IMG/VR virus record: IMGVR_UViG_3300002835_000015 | Location: 64,001-128,000 of that record | Strand: one strand, 5' to 3' | DNA length: 64,000 nt | Source: a virus | In this document: piece after piece, positions 1 through 9,087 of the stretch | How the letters are laid out: every line of letters begins with the position of its first letter | Position numbering within the stretch: the first letter of the stretch is position 1 | The notes under the pieces: generated by a model | Seen by the model: the letters and a program-made list of their open reading frames with translations, nothing else | The model's database searches: none | Told to the model about the DNA's origin: nothing | Made by a program: the position numbers and the translations under genes

Positions 1-226
1 CGATCCATTATCGACCCAGACTGAATTGCCCCTTACTCCATCTCCGGGTATGAGTGGATTAAATACAAGTAATCTGGACGCTAATGCAAGTTTAGGATAT
101 ACTAGTCAAAATGGTATATCTCATAGTTCTTCTAGACATGATTGGTATATTGCTCTCAGTTCAGAGCCAGAGAGTATCGGAAGTAAAACTAATTATGCTT
201 TATATTATACAGTAGAATATCTATGA
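1..226 (+). CDS. 3' end of a probable virion structural protein (partial)
   Basis: Frame open from position 2 to TGA at 224-226; Ser/Thr/Asn-rich; converges on the minus-strand block. Confidence 0.6.
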   Translation, partial: DPLSTQTELPLTPSPGMSGLNTSNLDANASLGYTSQNGISHSSSRHDWYIALSSEPESIGSKTNYALYYTVEYL

Positions 227-250
227 AAAAAGGGGCGGTTTCCCGCCCCC
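226..250 (-). terminator. Rho-independent terminator
   Basis: Minus strand GGGGCGG-GAAA-CCGCCCC followed by T6. Confidence 0.85.
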
Positions 251-256
251 AGATCA

Positions 257-538
257 TCAGTAATTCCAGCACCTATGTCTGTGTCTTACGACCGGCATAG
301 GTGTTGTTGTATAATAAGGATACCCCCAATAAATTCTTTGATCAATAATTGGTTGAGGATAAACTACTATTGGCACAGGAACCGTAACGATTAACTGCGG
401 TGCTTGGTACACCATAGTTTGGACAACCACCGGTTGCTGAACAATAGGAACCGGTTGTGGTACAATGTAAACTGGATAATTAGCAAATCCCTCATTTGAT
501 ATCCCTATCAGCATAAATAGTATTGCTAAACATCTCAT
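257..538 (-). CDS. Secreted Pro/Val/Tyr-rich low-complexity protein
   Basis: Start MRCLAILF at 538 (ATGA overlap with upstream stop); signal-peptide-like N-terminus then YPVYIVPQPVPIVQQPVVV. Confidence 0.65.
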   Translation of the reverse strand: MRCLAILFMLIGISNEGFANYPVYIVPQPVPIVQQPVVVQTMVYQAPQLIVTVPVPIVVYPQPIIDQRIYWGYPYYTTTPMPVVRHRHRCWNY

Positions 539-870
539 TCTGCCTTCTCCGTCTTTGGATTCCACTTGACCCAACCGTTATCGGAAAGCCAGTTACCTTC
601 ATTGTCCTTACGCTTTGGAAATAGACCGCCACCCTTCTTGTGGACACCGAATGATAGTCTAGCACCACACTTCATACAGCGAAGTTCGTAGTACTGGTTA
701 TCATCAACGGTACGAACCACAAATCTGATATCATCAGATCCACACTTACCACATGTGGTTTCCTCAAATACCTCTTGAAATCTACTTAGTTCATTAAATA
801 GATCCTTCTGTGATTCGCCCTCTATTTCTGCCTGTAGTCTGCCATTCTTTGTTGTATATAGAATCTTCAT
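535..870 (-). CDS. Zn-ribbon hypothetical protein
   Basis: CGKC...CMKC pairs. Confidence 0.7.
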   Translation of the reverse strand: MKILYTTKNGRLQAEIEGESQKDLFNELSRFQEVFEETTCGKCGSDDIRFVVRTVDDNQYYELRCMKCGARLSFGVHKKGGGLFPKRKDNEGNWLSDNGWVKWNPKTEKAE

Positions 871-1622
871 TTACGCCACTCCTGTTTATAGCCTATAATA
901 TCTTGTGGAATTGAACTCTTATCACGCTGGTAATCGTTTAGTGAATCAATGATTTCACTAGCGATCTTCTTAGAAACTTTCTTTCCGCTATCAACACTAA
1001 AACGTGCAAATAGCTTCTCTCCATCAATATTGAGTTGCTTACACTTTACATCAATAAAGTTGTATTGTGCATCACTCATTCTACTCTGATCGTCATACTC
1101 GCCCTCGCTAGCATTCTTAGTATTAGAAATATCCCTGACGATCTTTGCTGTATCCTTCTTAGTTAGTTCTTCGGCAGCAACACCCTTAATCTTTAGTGCC
1201 TTACGCAAAGCCCTTGCTTCTGCTCTGGTGCTAGCAATAGCAACCGCAAAAGCACAGAACATGTCATCAGTGTTGCCTTCCCAAGAGTCTGCAACTTCCG
1301 CATACCTCATACCATTAGCAAATTCTACGCTAAATATGACGGTCGCTCTACCATGATGATCTTCTCTTTGAACTGGAAAGACCTGTGTTGGGCCACTAAA
1401 CATAATTGGACCCAGCACAAGCTCTGCTACACGCCTTAAACCGGCAACTAGAGGATGACCATCAACCATCTCTGACTCAGTGAATAGAGTCATAGCGTAG
1501 TCATGCCACTCTGGGGAAAGCATGGATGGAACATCTGACACTACAACGTCCTTAACTGATGTATTTGTATTACTAGGTGAAGATAATACCACTTCTTCAA
1601 AAATACTTTCAATATTACTCAT
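867..1622 (-). CDS. Putative Sak/Rad52-like single-strand annealing protein
   Basis: GLRRVAE, beta-rich core, then ASTRAEARALRKAL...AAEE, resembling Rad52/ERF-type annealases. Confidence 0.5.
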   Translation of the reverse strand: MSNIESIFEEVVLSSPSNTNTSVKDVVVSDVPSMLSPEWHDYAMTLFTESEMVDGHPLVAGLRRVAELVLGPIMFSGPTQVFPVQREDHHGRATVIFSVEFANGMRYAEVADSWEGNTDDMFCAFAVAIASTRAEARALRKALKIKGVAAEELTKKDTAKIVRDISNTKNASEGEYDDQSRMSDAQYNFIDVKCKQLNIDGEKLFARFSVDSGKKVSKKIASEIIDSLNDYQRDKSSIPQDIIGYKQEWRK

Positions 1623-2386
1623 ATTTCAATCTCTATATACCTTTCTGATTTTGGAGGGAACGACTCCTTTATTCTACTCAAACATTTTAAAATGTCAAGT
1701 CTCAACTTCTCCTTATCGGCTAAACAAACCGAGTCAGATAAGTTTTTTATTCTCAAAATAACCATCCCTTTGCTTAAGATAAGACCACTCTTTTGCGTAT
1801 CGGCCTTAATTTGCTTCTGGAGCTTTTCTTCTCCCCATATCGGAAGAAAGTGGGATGGGCCGTCTACCTCTATTATAGTCTTGATGGAGGGTACGTACAT
1901 ATCAAGTTCCATGTCGTGATTTTGGATAAGGTGCTTTTTGTGATATTCAACACTATATCCTGCCCTAGTTATTTCTTCGTATAAAAATTTCTCTAATTTA
2001 GATCCTTCTTTGCCAGCAATTTGAATACTCTTAATAGCAGCAGTCATCATTTTATCCTTTTCTACGTCGGATAATTCTTCCCACCTTTTCTTTGATTGTG
2101 CTACGCGAGATTCATATATTTCGTCTGACATATCATCCCAATACTTTTTAAGACCAGAACTAATCTTTAGCTTTTCTTCTTGTGTTCTTATCTTGCCGCT
2201 AGTTGGGTGAGTGGCAGTTCCACTCTCTATTGCATTCTTCTGCGCCTCACTTTTAGTCTTTAGATTAACGCCACTCTTGATAAGAATACGTCTTATGCGA
2301 TTGGGATAAGTATTTAACTCTTCCGCAATCTCATAAGTACTCTTATGCTGTTTGGTATACATCGTTATTATTTGATTTGTATTCAT
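1619..2386 (-). CDS. Vsr/DUF559-like (EDxHD-type) endonuclease with N-terminal HTH/NUMOD3-like region
   Basis: ELDMYVP...IIEVDGPSHF; KSTYEIAEEL HTH; RTQEEKLKIS. Confidence 0.7.
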   Translation of the reverse strand: MNTNQIITMYTKQHKSTYEIAEELNTYPNRIRRILIKSGVNLKTKSEAQKNAIESGTATHPTSGKIRTQEEKLKISSGLKKYWDDMSDEIYESRVAQSKKRWEELSDVEKDKMMTAAIKSIQIAGKEGSKLEKFLYEEITRAGYSVEYHKKHLIQNHDMELDMYVPSIKTIIEVDGPSHFLPIWGEEKLQKQIKADTQKSGLILSKGMVILRIKNLSDSVCLADKEKLRLDILKCLSRIKESFPPKSERYIEIEI

Positions 2387-2828
2387 CTTCGCACCTTGCT
2401 ATTAAGTTGATAATGTCATTAAAATTTTCTGATATTCCTATTGGACATTTACCTGTGATTCTATATATTTCTTTTGAGTCTTTTTCTGATCTAGATATAA
2501 TTTGCACATTTTGTACAGATGTCACCAATCTCAGAGTATTCTTCTCTTCATTCCATCCATGATAGTAAAAGATATTAATATTATTCACTACCTTTAAGGA
2601 CGTTGCTAAAGCCTCTAATGATGTGACTATCAAATTTCCATTGAAACTCCATAAGTCTGTTGAATTAAACATTCCGCACAGAGTATGATTTTCATTAAAA
2701 TCTACATCATCATAAAAGATACTTATATCATGTATTGATTTATTGTTTATATTGTTATTAACTAGAGAGCTTATATAATGTAGTTGTTCTTTATCTGATA
2801 ATCTAGATATATATATTCCTAAATTCAT
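2343..2828 (-). CDS. Hypothetical protein of the glycosylation island
   Basis: ORF coupled to neighbours by overlaps; alpha/beta pattern. Confidence 0.6.
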   Translation of the reverse strand: MNLGIYISRLSDKEQLHYISSLVNNNINNKSIHDISIFYDDVDFNENHTLCGMFNSTDLWSFNGNLIVTSLEALATSLKVVNNINIFYYHGWNEEKNTLRLVTSVQNVQIISRSEKDSKEIYRITGKCPIGISENFNDIINLIARCEDEYKSNNNDVYQTA

Positions 2829-3565
2829 TGATCCCACGCTCCTGTCATGTTTGAAAAATAATTGTTTCCTAAATAATAATGTCTATCAAATTCAGCGGAT
2901 TGTAAAAATGGATTCAGCGTTGATCCAATATCTAGGTATGTATTGTCTTCACAGTGTTTAGTTAGTTCATAACACAATATATTACCAAATGGCCCGCAAC
3001 AGAATAAGAATATCATATCTTTTAAGTTTCTATCGGTAATCATAGACTTACTTTTTTCAATTAGATCCCAATTGCTTTGCCAAGCATTGTTCTCTACCGG
3101 AAAAACTATTTTAGGTCTAAATGGTAGACGTTCTATTTTAGCGTTCTTATTACAAAATAAAACAACGGGTCTTTCCTTGTAGTGGGGCAATATGTTATTG
3201 ATATAATATTTATAATTGCTATTTACCCATATGTCTGCCCATGTCAAATGACTTTCTTCTTGACCGGACAACTCTTTCATTTGCTGGTGAGTTTCTAAGC
3301 CAAAAACGTTAACGCACGTAACTCCTACAAAATATCTAGAATTTTTATATTGAAAAGCATTTATTAGTTCTTGTCTCTTCAATTGATCTTGCTCATTATT
3401 AGGATCAAACCAAAACTCTTTATTGTTTATTGGTTGATTGCACATGACAGACCATTCTCCATCACAAAACTTCGAAAAGCTTATATTATCCTTAGACTTT
3501 AGTGCAGACTCTAAAACCTTGATATCTTCTCTATAATCTTTATTCGGTGGCGTTGTGAATTTCAT
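2825..3565 (-). CDS. GT-D fold (DUF1792-like) glycosyltransferase
   Basis: SFSKFCDGE, CCGP, YLDIGS match the RFGDGE / LGP / IDIG pattern of GT-D enzymes. Confidence 0.6.
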   Translation of the reverse strand: MKFTTPPNKDYREDIKVLESALKSKDNISFSKFCDGEWSVMCNQPINNKEFWFDPNNEQDQLKRQELINAFQYKNSRYFVGVTCVNVFGLETHQQMKELSGQEESHLTWADIWVNSNYKYYINNILPHYKERPVVLFCNKNAKIERLPFRPKIVFPVENNAWQSNWDLIEKSKSMITDRNLKDMIFLFCCGPFGNILCYELTKHCEDNTYLDIGSTLNPFLQSAEFDRHYYLGNNYFSNMTGAWDQ

Positions 3566-4331
3566 TTTGTTCCTTTTCTGATTCTTCTTCAGCTATTGTA
3601 TATCCCATTTGTCTCACAAAGTTCCAATATCTATTCATACCAATATTTGCGTGATAATCCATAGATATTGCTACTGGCTCTTCACCGTATTTTAATGCTG
3701 TCTCTGGCATAGATCCCCACATGTCCATATCACCTTTTGGGTGCGGTGGAACATATGTATTTAATCCAAAATGCCTTTTTACAGCGAATGATAGATGCGT
3801 ATCCTCTCCGTATCTCATTGGATTTATATCCGGCATTTCTGCCCAGAAAGCTCTCAACCAATTTTTTTCAAAGAACCAAGAATGACAACCCATGTCTACT
3901 CTTACGGTTTCTTCATTAGGATTACACCATCCAACGGCTGTATAGCTTTTTGGTGCTGGGTATGTCAGGTCATAACCTTTGTGTGCTATTACTCCCCTAG
4001 TACTCAATATACCATTATGAGTTTCCAATGTTTTTAAACAGTTTTCTAGCCACTTTTTACCCGGAATGGTATCATCATCAATTACACACACGTATTTAGT
4101 TCTTGCATTTAAAGCTACGGCAAATCTTCCCCAGCTACCATAATCAGTGTTTGATATTATTGTATTGCACTGGTTTAATATATCTCTGTCAAATTGTACA
4201 TTATCAACAACATTGACCCACATCATTATATCTATATCACTCACTGTTTGAGATTTGATGGCTTCAAACTGTTGCTTTAAAACGTGCGGCCTTTTGAATC
4301 CGCTAAGAACTATAGTAATTAGATTACTCAT
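3540..4331 (-). CDS. GT-A/GT2-like glycosyltransferase
   Basis: ITIVL..FKR, VCVIDDD, GED motifs. Confidence 0.75.
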   Translation of the reverse strand: MSNLITIVLSGFKRPHVLKQQFEAIKSQTVSDIDIMMWVNVVDNVQFDRDILNQCNTIISNTDYGSWGRFAVALNARTKYVCVIDDDTIPGKKWLENCLKTLETHNGILSTRGVIAHKGYDLTYPAPKSYTAVGWCNPNEETVRVDMGCHSWFFEKNWLRAFWAEMPDINPMRYGEDTHLSFAVKRHFGLNTYVPPHPKGDMDMWGSMPETALKYGEEPVAISMDYHANIGMNRYWNFVRQMGYTIAEEESEKEQNEIHNATE

Positions 4332-5137
4332 TTAATTTCTCCAATAATTTTAGTAAGTTCTGATGCTTTGTCATCAATATGTAAACTATTTAATAGTGTT
4401 TTTAGTCTGTGTAAACAAGTGTGCTTGTTTTTTACTGATGATAATAATTTTTGCCCCTTGAATATATCGTCTATTTTATCTAGATCCTTGGTGTCTTTTG
4501 TGTCAAATGTGACCTTAGTTCCACTATATATAGAATTAAAAGCTAATTGTGAACCTATATATGATCTACCCTTAAACACAATCTCTTTGTAGTTACGGAA
4601 TAAAGTGTTCAAAACATGAACAGGCAAAATAAAATCTACTTTATCAGCTAACTTATGATTCCATGAAGAGTAATGATAAGTTCCATCTAATTCCACTATA
4701 TCCTCTTCTTTTTCTACAAAAATCAATTTTTCTATAGAATATTCAGCATTTCCAGAATTCAAAAATATATCTGCTGATTCTAGTATTTTAATATATGAGC
4801 CATTCTTTAGCTCAAGATTGCTATTTCCAAAAAATTTAGCATTTATTTTTTTGTCACTTAATGAGGCGGCAAAATCTTCTAATGATGTAGTATCTATATT
4901 ATTGATATTTATTAATAGTGATATATTTTTATTGGATAACATATAGTGTATCATATCTTTTGAAACACCGCTTATGTGAGTTATTAAAATATCCGGCTTG
5001 AAAAGATCAAATTCGTCATATATGCTGCTTCTACTATCGAAAATCTTAGACTCGATATTTATCTTAGAGAGGGCAGCATTGATATAAAACGGCTCAGTAT
5101 TCCAAGGTGTGCTGTAATCAGATATTAAAAATTTCAT
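4328..5137 (-). CDS. Degenerate GT-B/CgeB-like protein
   Basis: FKPDILI near N-terminus and HTCLHRLKTLL C-terminus typical of Glyco_trans_1_2 proteins. Confidence 0.45.
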   Translation of the reverse strand: MKFLISDYSTPWNTEPFYINAALSKINIESKIFDSRSSIYDEFDLFKPDILITHISGVSKDMIHYMLSNKNISLLININNIDTTSLEDFAASLSDKKINAKFFGNSNLELKNGSYIKILESADIFLNSGNAEYSIEKLIFVEKEEDIVELDGTYHYSSWNHKLADKVDFILPVHVLNTLFRNYKEIVFKGRSYIGSQLAFNSIYSGTKVTFDTKDTKDLDKIDDIFKGQKLLSSVKNKHTCLHRLKTLLNSLHIDDKASELTKIIGEIK

Positions 5138-5879
5138 GATTATCCTTTATAGTGTGATAAGTTTTGATGTTATTTATTTTATAGATCGGAAATTTGTTTT
5201 CGATGCAAGAAATGGAGTAATCATTTTTGATAATGTCGTTTATAGCTTCAAAGATAAACTTTTTCTTACTATCTTGATGATTCAAAAATTTTCGTAATGT
5301 GTCTATTACCTCTGCACCGTTTAAATATAATAGCTCTGACCAAGTTTTATATGCACCAAAAGAAAAATGCTCTGCTATATTTTGAGAGTTTACATTTATG
5401 CCAATCTCTAGGTTTTCGCATGGGTTTCGTTCAACAACGGCACATATTTTATTAGTATCTATTAGCGATAAAGCTTTTTTGTTTATTAATAGACTCCCAT
5501 CCACGACAAGAATTTTCTCATTAAAAGTATTATTAATTGCTATTCTGAAGCCCTCACATGAATTGCAAGATCCAAATACTTGATTTTCAACTATTCTTAT
5601 ATTAAGATTTTTATACTTTGAGCGTATATACTTTGATATCTTTTCACCATCAAACCCAATGCAAACTATTATTTCGCTATTTGGGAAACATTTTTTAATG
5701 CATTCTATTTGTATATCTATTAACACTTTCTTATTTATTTGAATCAATGATACTGGACCATAAGATTTCATTCTATATCCCGGCAGATCACATAGCATTA
5801 TTATTGTAACAAAATCATGTATTTTTTCTTCGGCCTGTTTTTTGATTATTGTTCGTTTTTTCTTTATTATTCTTACCAT
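5118..5879 (-). CDS. Nucleotidyltransferase-like (NTP_transf) protein, signature degenerate
   Basis: IIML..PGYRMKSYGPVSLIQI aligns with ILAAG.G.RM....PK.L; EIIVCIGF; ILVVDG. Confidence 0.6.
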   Translation of the reverse strand: MVRIIKKKRTIIKKQAEEKIHDFVTIIMLCDLPGYRMKSYGPVSLIQINKKVLIDIQIECIKKCFPNSEIIVCIGFDGEKISKYIRSKYKNLNIRIVENQVFGSCNSCEGFRIAINNTFNEKILVVDGSLLINKKALSLIDTNKICAVVERNPCENLEIGINVNSQNIAEHFSFGAYKTWSELLYLNGAEVIDTLRKFLNHQDSKKKFIFEAINDIIKNDYSISCIENKFPIYKINNIKTYHTIKDNHEIFNI

Positions 5880-6605
5880 TTAGAACTCAATATATAAGTT
5901 GTTATTTTTTATTTGTTGTTCTACTTCTGGGTATTTATTTTCGAAATCTAAATACAATTCTGGATATAGTATTTTAAAAGCTAATGTTGATATAGCTGTT
6001 TTCGATCCACTCTTAAATATTAGACCTCTCCCAAGATCCTCATTTATAATAGTATCAATATCTAGTATAAATTTTTCTATTCCTATGTAATTAGTTTCAT
6101 CTACTATGGTATGAAATGCACTAGCAGACTTGAGTAATGTCAAGTATATGTATTCGGCCTTATTAATGTACATAGAGACAAATATGTTATGATCAGTATA
6201 AACTAGATTTTTGATTTTCTCTTTTTTGTCATCAGAAATTTGATATGAATGAAACAACTTTAGTATGTATTTTTTATTGATTGTTGATAAAAGTGATTGA
6301 ATATATTCCATCATTTCATCATCTATATTATCGCAATTAATTAAAATATCACAGGTTATTGAAGATTCAAGCCTTGCTTTGCTTAAATCCTTTTGTCCAT
6401 TATTCCAATCCTTAGTTTTGTATAGGTTACATATTCTATTTATTACAAAAAACTCTTTTTCGTTATCATAGGCTTCTATAATATCCTTTTTGAATTTTTC
6501 TATCCGATTAGCTTCACATGCAACCTGAGTGTTATCTTCGTATATGGCAAAGATACATTCTTTACAGCTAGTTTGGCTAATTGTGCCTGACGGCATGTAA
6601 TTCAT
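5880..6605 (-). CDS. Hypothetical protein with N-terminal Cys cluster
   Basis: CKEC...C...C; in operon. Confidence 0.65.
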   Translation of the reverse strand: MNYMPSGTISQTSCKECIFAIYEDNTQVACEANRIEKFKKDIIEAYDNEKEFFVINRICNLYKTKDWNNGQKDLSKARLESSITCDILINCDNIDDEMMEYIQSLLSTINKKYILKLFHSYQISDDKKEKIKNLVYTDHNIFVSMYINKAEYIYLTLLKSASAFHTIVDETNYIGIEKFILDIDTIINEDLGRGLIFKSGSKTAISTLAFKILYPELYLDFENKYPEVEQQIKNNNLYIEF

Positions 6606-6993
6606 ATGTCGATCCTTTCAAAAACATTTTTTCAGTTTTGATGCCTAATGCATCTAATCTATCAGATAGATTTTTGCAGTCATAAATAGCTTTTCTGTTA
6701 TATACGACCTCATTGAATACATCGCAGTCAAGAACCTTATTTATCATATCCATGCATAGACAATTTGCATCAACCCCAGTAATTAAGAGATTACCATTCA
6801 TTCTAAGTAATTGTCTTATCTTTCCAAGAAAATTATTGATGTTATTGTGTGGTACTTGCTCTATGGTATTTATCATCACGATAGAACTGATAGAATTATC
6901 TGGTACATCTAAATTGATCATACCATTTTCTATCATAACTGGATTATAACCATCTACGCAGTCAGATATATCGTTTAATATCTGTATCTTCAT
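6577..6993 (-). CDS. Truncated class I SAM methyltransferase-like protein
   Basis: PDNSISSI...TIEQV...RQLLRMNGNL resembles post-motif-I MTase segment; GxG motif absent. Confidence 0.5.
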   Translation of the reverse strand: MKIQILNDISDCVDGYNPVMIENGMINLDVPDNSISSIVMINTIEQVPHNNINNFLGKIRQLLRMNGNLLITGVDANCLCMDMINKVLDCDVFNEVVYNRKAIYDCKNLSDRLDALGIKTEKMFLKGSTYELHAVRHN

Positions 6994-7982
6994 TTTGTTG
7001 ATTCCTCATAGGCTTCATCGAACAACTTATTCCAATTATTTACAAACTGTGTTTCTGAAAAATTATCTTCTATAGTTTTTCTAGCATTAGCACCGATTTT
7101 TTCTCTTAGGCTTTTATCATTTAATAGTAATTCTAGATATGACCTTAACTCACCCTCGTTATTTGAGATAAAGCCATTTTCTCCATTCTTGATTATCTTT
7201 GGTATCATGCACGTTGCCGTGGAAACAACAGCACACCCACAGGACATAGCCTCTAGCAAAGACATGGGTATTGGACTAAGAGTTGAACTATTAAAATATA
7301 CAGCGCACTGATTATATGAATCGACCAAATCATTTATACTTTTAGCAGCTTCTGAAAGCCCTTCTGTATCTCCTATTAGTTTTGTATTTAGTCCACTTGT
7401 TATTCTTTTCCACCCGGAGAAATTCAAACAATAATCTCTTTTAACAAAGTCATTAGCAACTGTTAAAATTGTATTATTTTTTTCAATGTCTTTGACACTA
7501 AAGGTGCTGGTATCTAATCCATGATGAATAACTTTTCCATCTAACTCCCAAGCAGATCTAGAAAAATCCGATATAAAAACATTTATGTCGCCATTCATAC
7601 TCCGCATTTCTTCAATTTGCTTTTGTGCCATTGAATTAGGGGTTGGTAAGGTGTGTTCTAAACATATGATTGGCAATCCAAGCTGCCTATTTATATTTTG
7701 AGCCATTTGAAACTGTCCAAATTTGCTCTGAACAAGAATCATATCAAAATTTAAATAATCACACAATTGATTTTCTGGTAGAATATGATAATTTGCTGGA
7801 ATATCTGTTTGATTTGAATTCCACTTTTTCATGTTTGAAATATTCAACGCATAAAACTCATGATTTGTTTTACATAGCCCTGTCTCATACCTTTCGTGAG
7901 TAGGAAAAGTAAGAATATTATACTTATCCTTTTTTGGACTATTTGCTAGACTAATAATTCTATTTGTTGTATTATTCAGCAT
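6990..7982 (-). CDS. GT4 (GT-B) glycosyltransferase
   Basis: VIHHGLD, PMSLLEAMSCGCAVV, ENGF. Confidence 0.85.
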   Translation of the reverse strand: MLNNTTNRIISLANSPKKDKYNILTFPTHERYETGLCKTNHEFYALNISNMKKWNSNQTDIPANYHILPENQLCDYLNFDMILVQSKFGQFQMAQNINRQLGLPIICLEHTLPTPNSMAQKQIEEMRSMNGDINVFISDFSRSAWELDGKVIHHGLDTSTFSVKDIEKNNTILTVANDFVKRDYCLNFSGWKRITSGLNTKLIGDTEGLSEAAKSINDLVDSYNQCAVYFNSSTLSPIPMSLLEAMSCGCAVVSTATCMIPKIIKNGENGFISNNEGELRSYLELLLNDKSLREKIGANARKTIEDNFSETQFVNNWNKLFDEAYEESTK

Positions 7983-9087
7983 TTAGTATTTCCTTTATAA
8001 TATTTCCCACATTTTCATAAGAAAACTTTTCTGCACACTCTAGCCCTTTTGTTTTATCTATATTACCCCTATTGTCATAATAGAATCTCATGGCAGATTT
8101 TATCTCTTGCTCATCTGGAGTAAACCACAATTCCCTACCGGTAAAAATATTGGGAAAAGCAGAATCAGAATGTTCACAAACAGACTGTACCCCATTTATT
8201 AGTGTTCCATGATTTCTATCTAAGATATATTCTTTTGGTCCACCCTCATTGCTACATATTGGAGTATTGCCAAAGCACATAGCATCAAATGAAGGAATAG
8301 ACCACCCTTCACCGTGAGTTGTGTTGACCATACAATCACAAGATTTATGTAATATATCTATCTCTTCTGAAGTCATTTCGTCTGATATTATGATTTCTTC
8401 ATGATAATCTTCAATCTTAGGATAGATTCTTAGAGTCTTTTTAATTGAATCACACATACTTTTTACATGATTTTTTAAATCTGTTGAATTTACTCCAAAT
8501 TTCTTAATCTTAAGAACCAACGAAACCGGCTCATATGCATGAAATTCGCTATGAAAAGATTTGATAACTGATTCTATATTTTTTCTTTCATTTATATCTG
8601 CAATATAATAAAATTTGAAGCTGCTATTTTTAGCTCCAAAATTAACTCTCGTCTTTATGTCTTTTTTGTATCTACTAATATCAAATGCGTGTGGAACGTA
8701 TTTTACATTACTAAAGCCATCTTTTTTCATATTATGCAATTGAGTATTATTTGGAACCCATATTTCATCAACAAGACTCAGGCTTGTTTTCCAAGGATTG
8801 TATTTTAAAGTATTAGACTCACCAACATAGTAGGCAATATTCTTTTTGAACTTAGAAGTTCCAACTATATGGTGTGGTAATAGGTGCTGGATGCAAAAAT
8901 CAATATTGTCTAAAGACTTTTTTTCTAGCTCTGTTATCTTATCTGGTATACTAAATGGTTTTGGTGTTAGTTTTACATTCCTACAAACTACATCTATACC
9001 AGCTGAATCTATAGCATGTATTAAATCTATAGCTGCTTTTGACCAGCCGCTACTTTCTTTATAATGTCCTATATATAATAATTTCAT
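7972..9087 (-). CDS. GT4 (GT-B) glycosyltransferase
   Basis: ERKNI, EGWSIPSFDAMCFG. Confidence 0.85.
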   Translation of the reverse strand: MKLLYIGHYKESSGWSKAAIDLIHAIDSAGIDVVCRNVKLTPKPFSIPDKITELEKKSLDNIDFCIQHLLPHHIVGTSKFKKNIAYYVGESNTLKYNPWKTSLSLVDEIWVPNNTQLHNMKKDGFSNVKYVPHAFDISRYKKDIKTRVNFGAKNSSFKFYYIADINERKNIESVIKSFHSEFHAYEPVSLVLKIKKFGVNSTDLKNHVKSMCDSIKKTLRIYPKIEDYHEEIIISDEMTSEEIDILHKSCDCMVNTTHGEGWSIPSFDAMCFGNTPICSNEGGPKEYILDRNHGTLINGVQSVCEHSDSAFPNIFTGRELWFTPDEQEIKSAMRFYYDNRGNIDKTKGLECAEKFSYENVGNIIKEILNAE

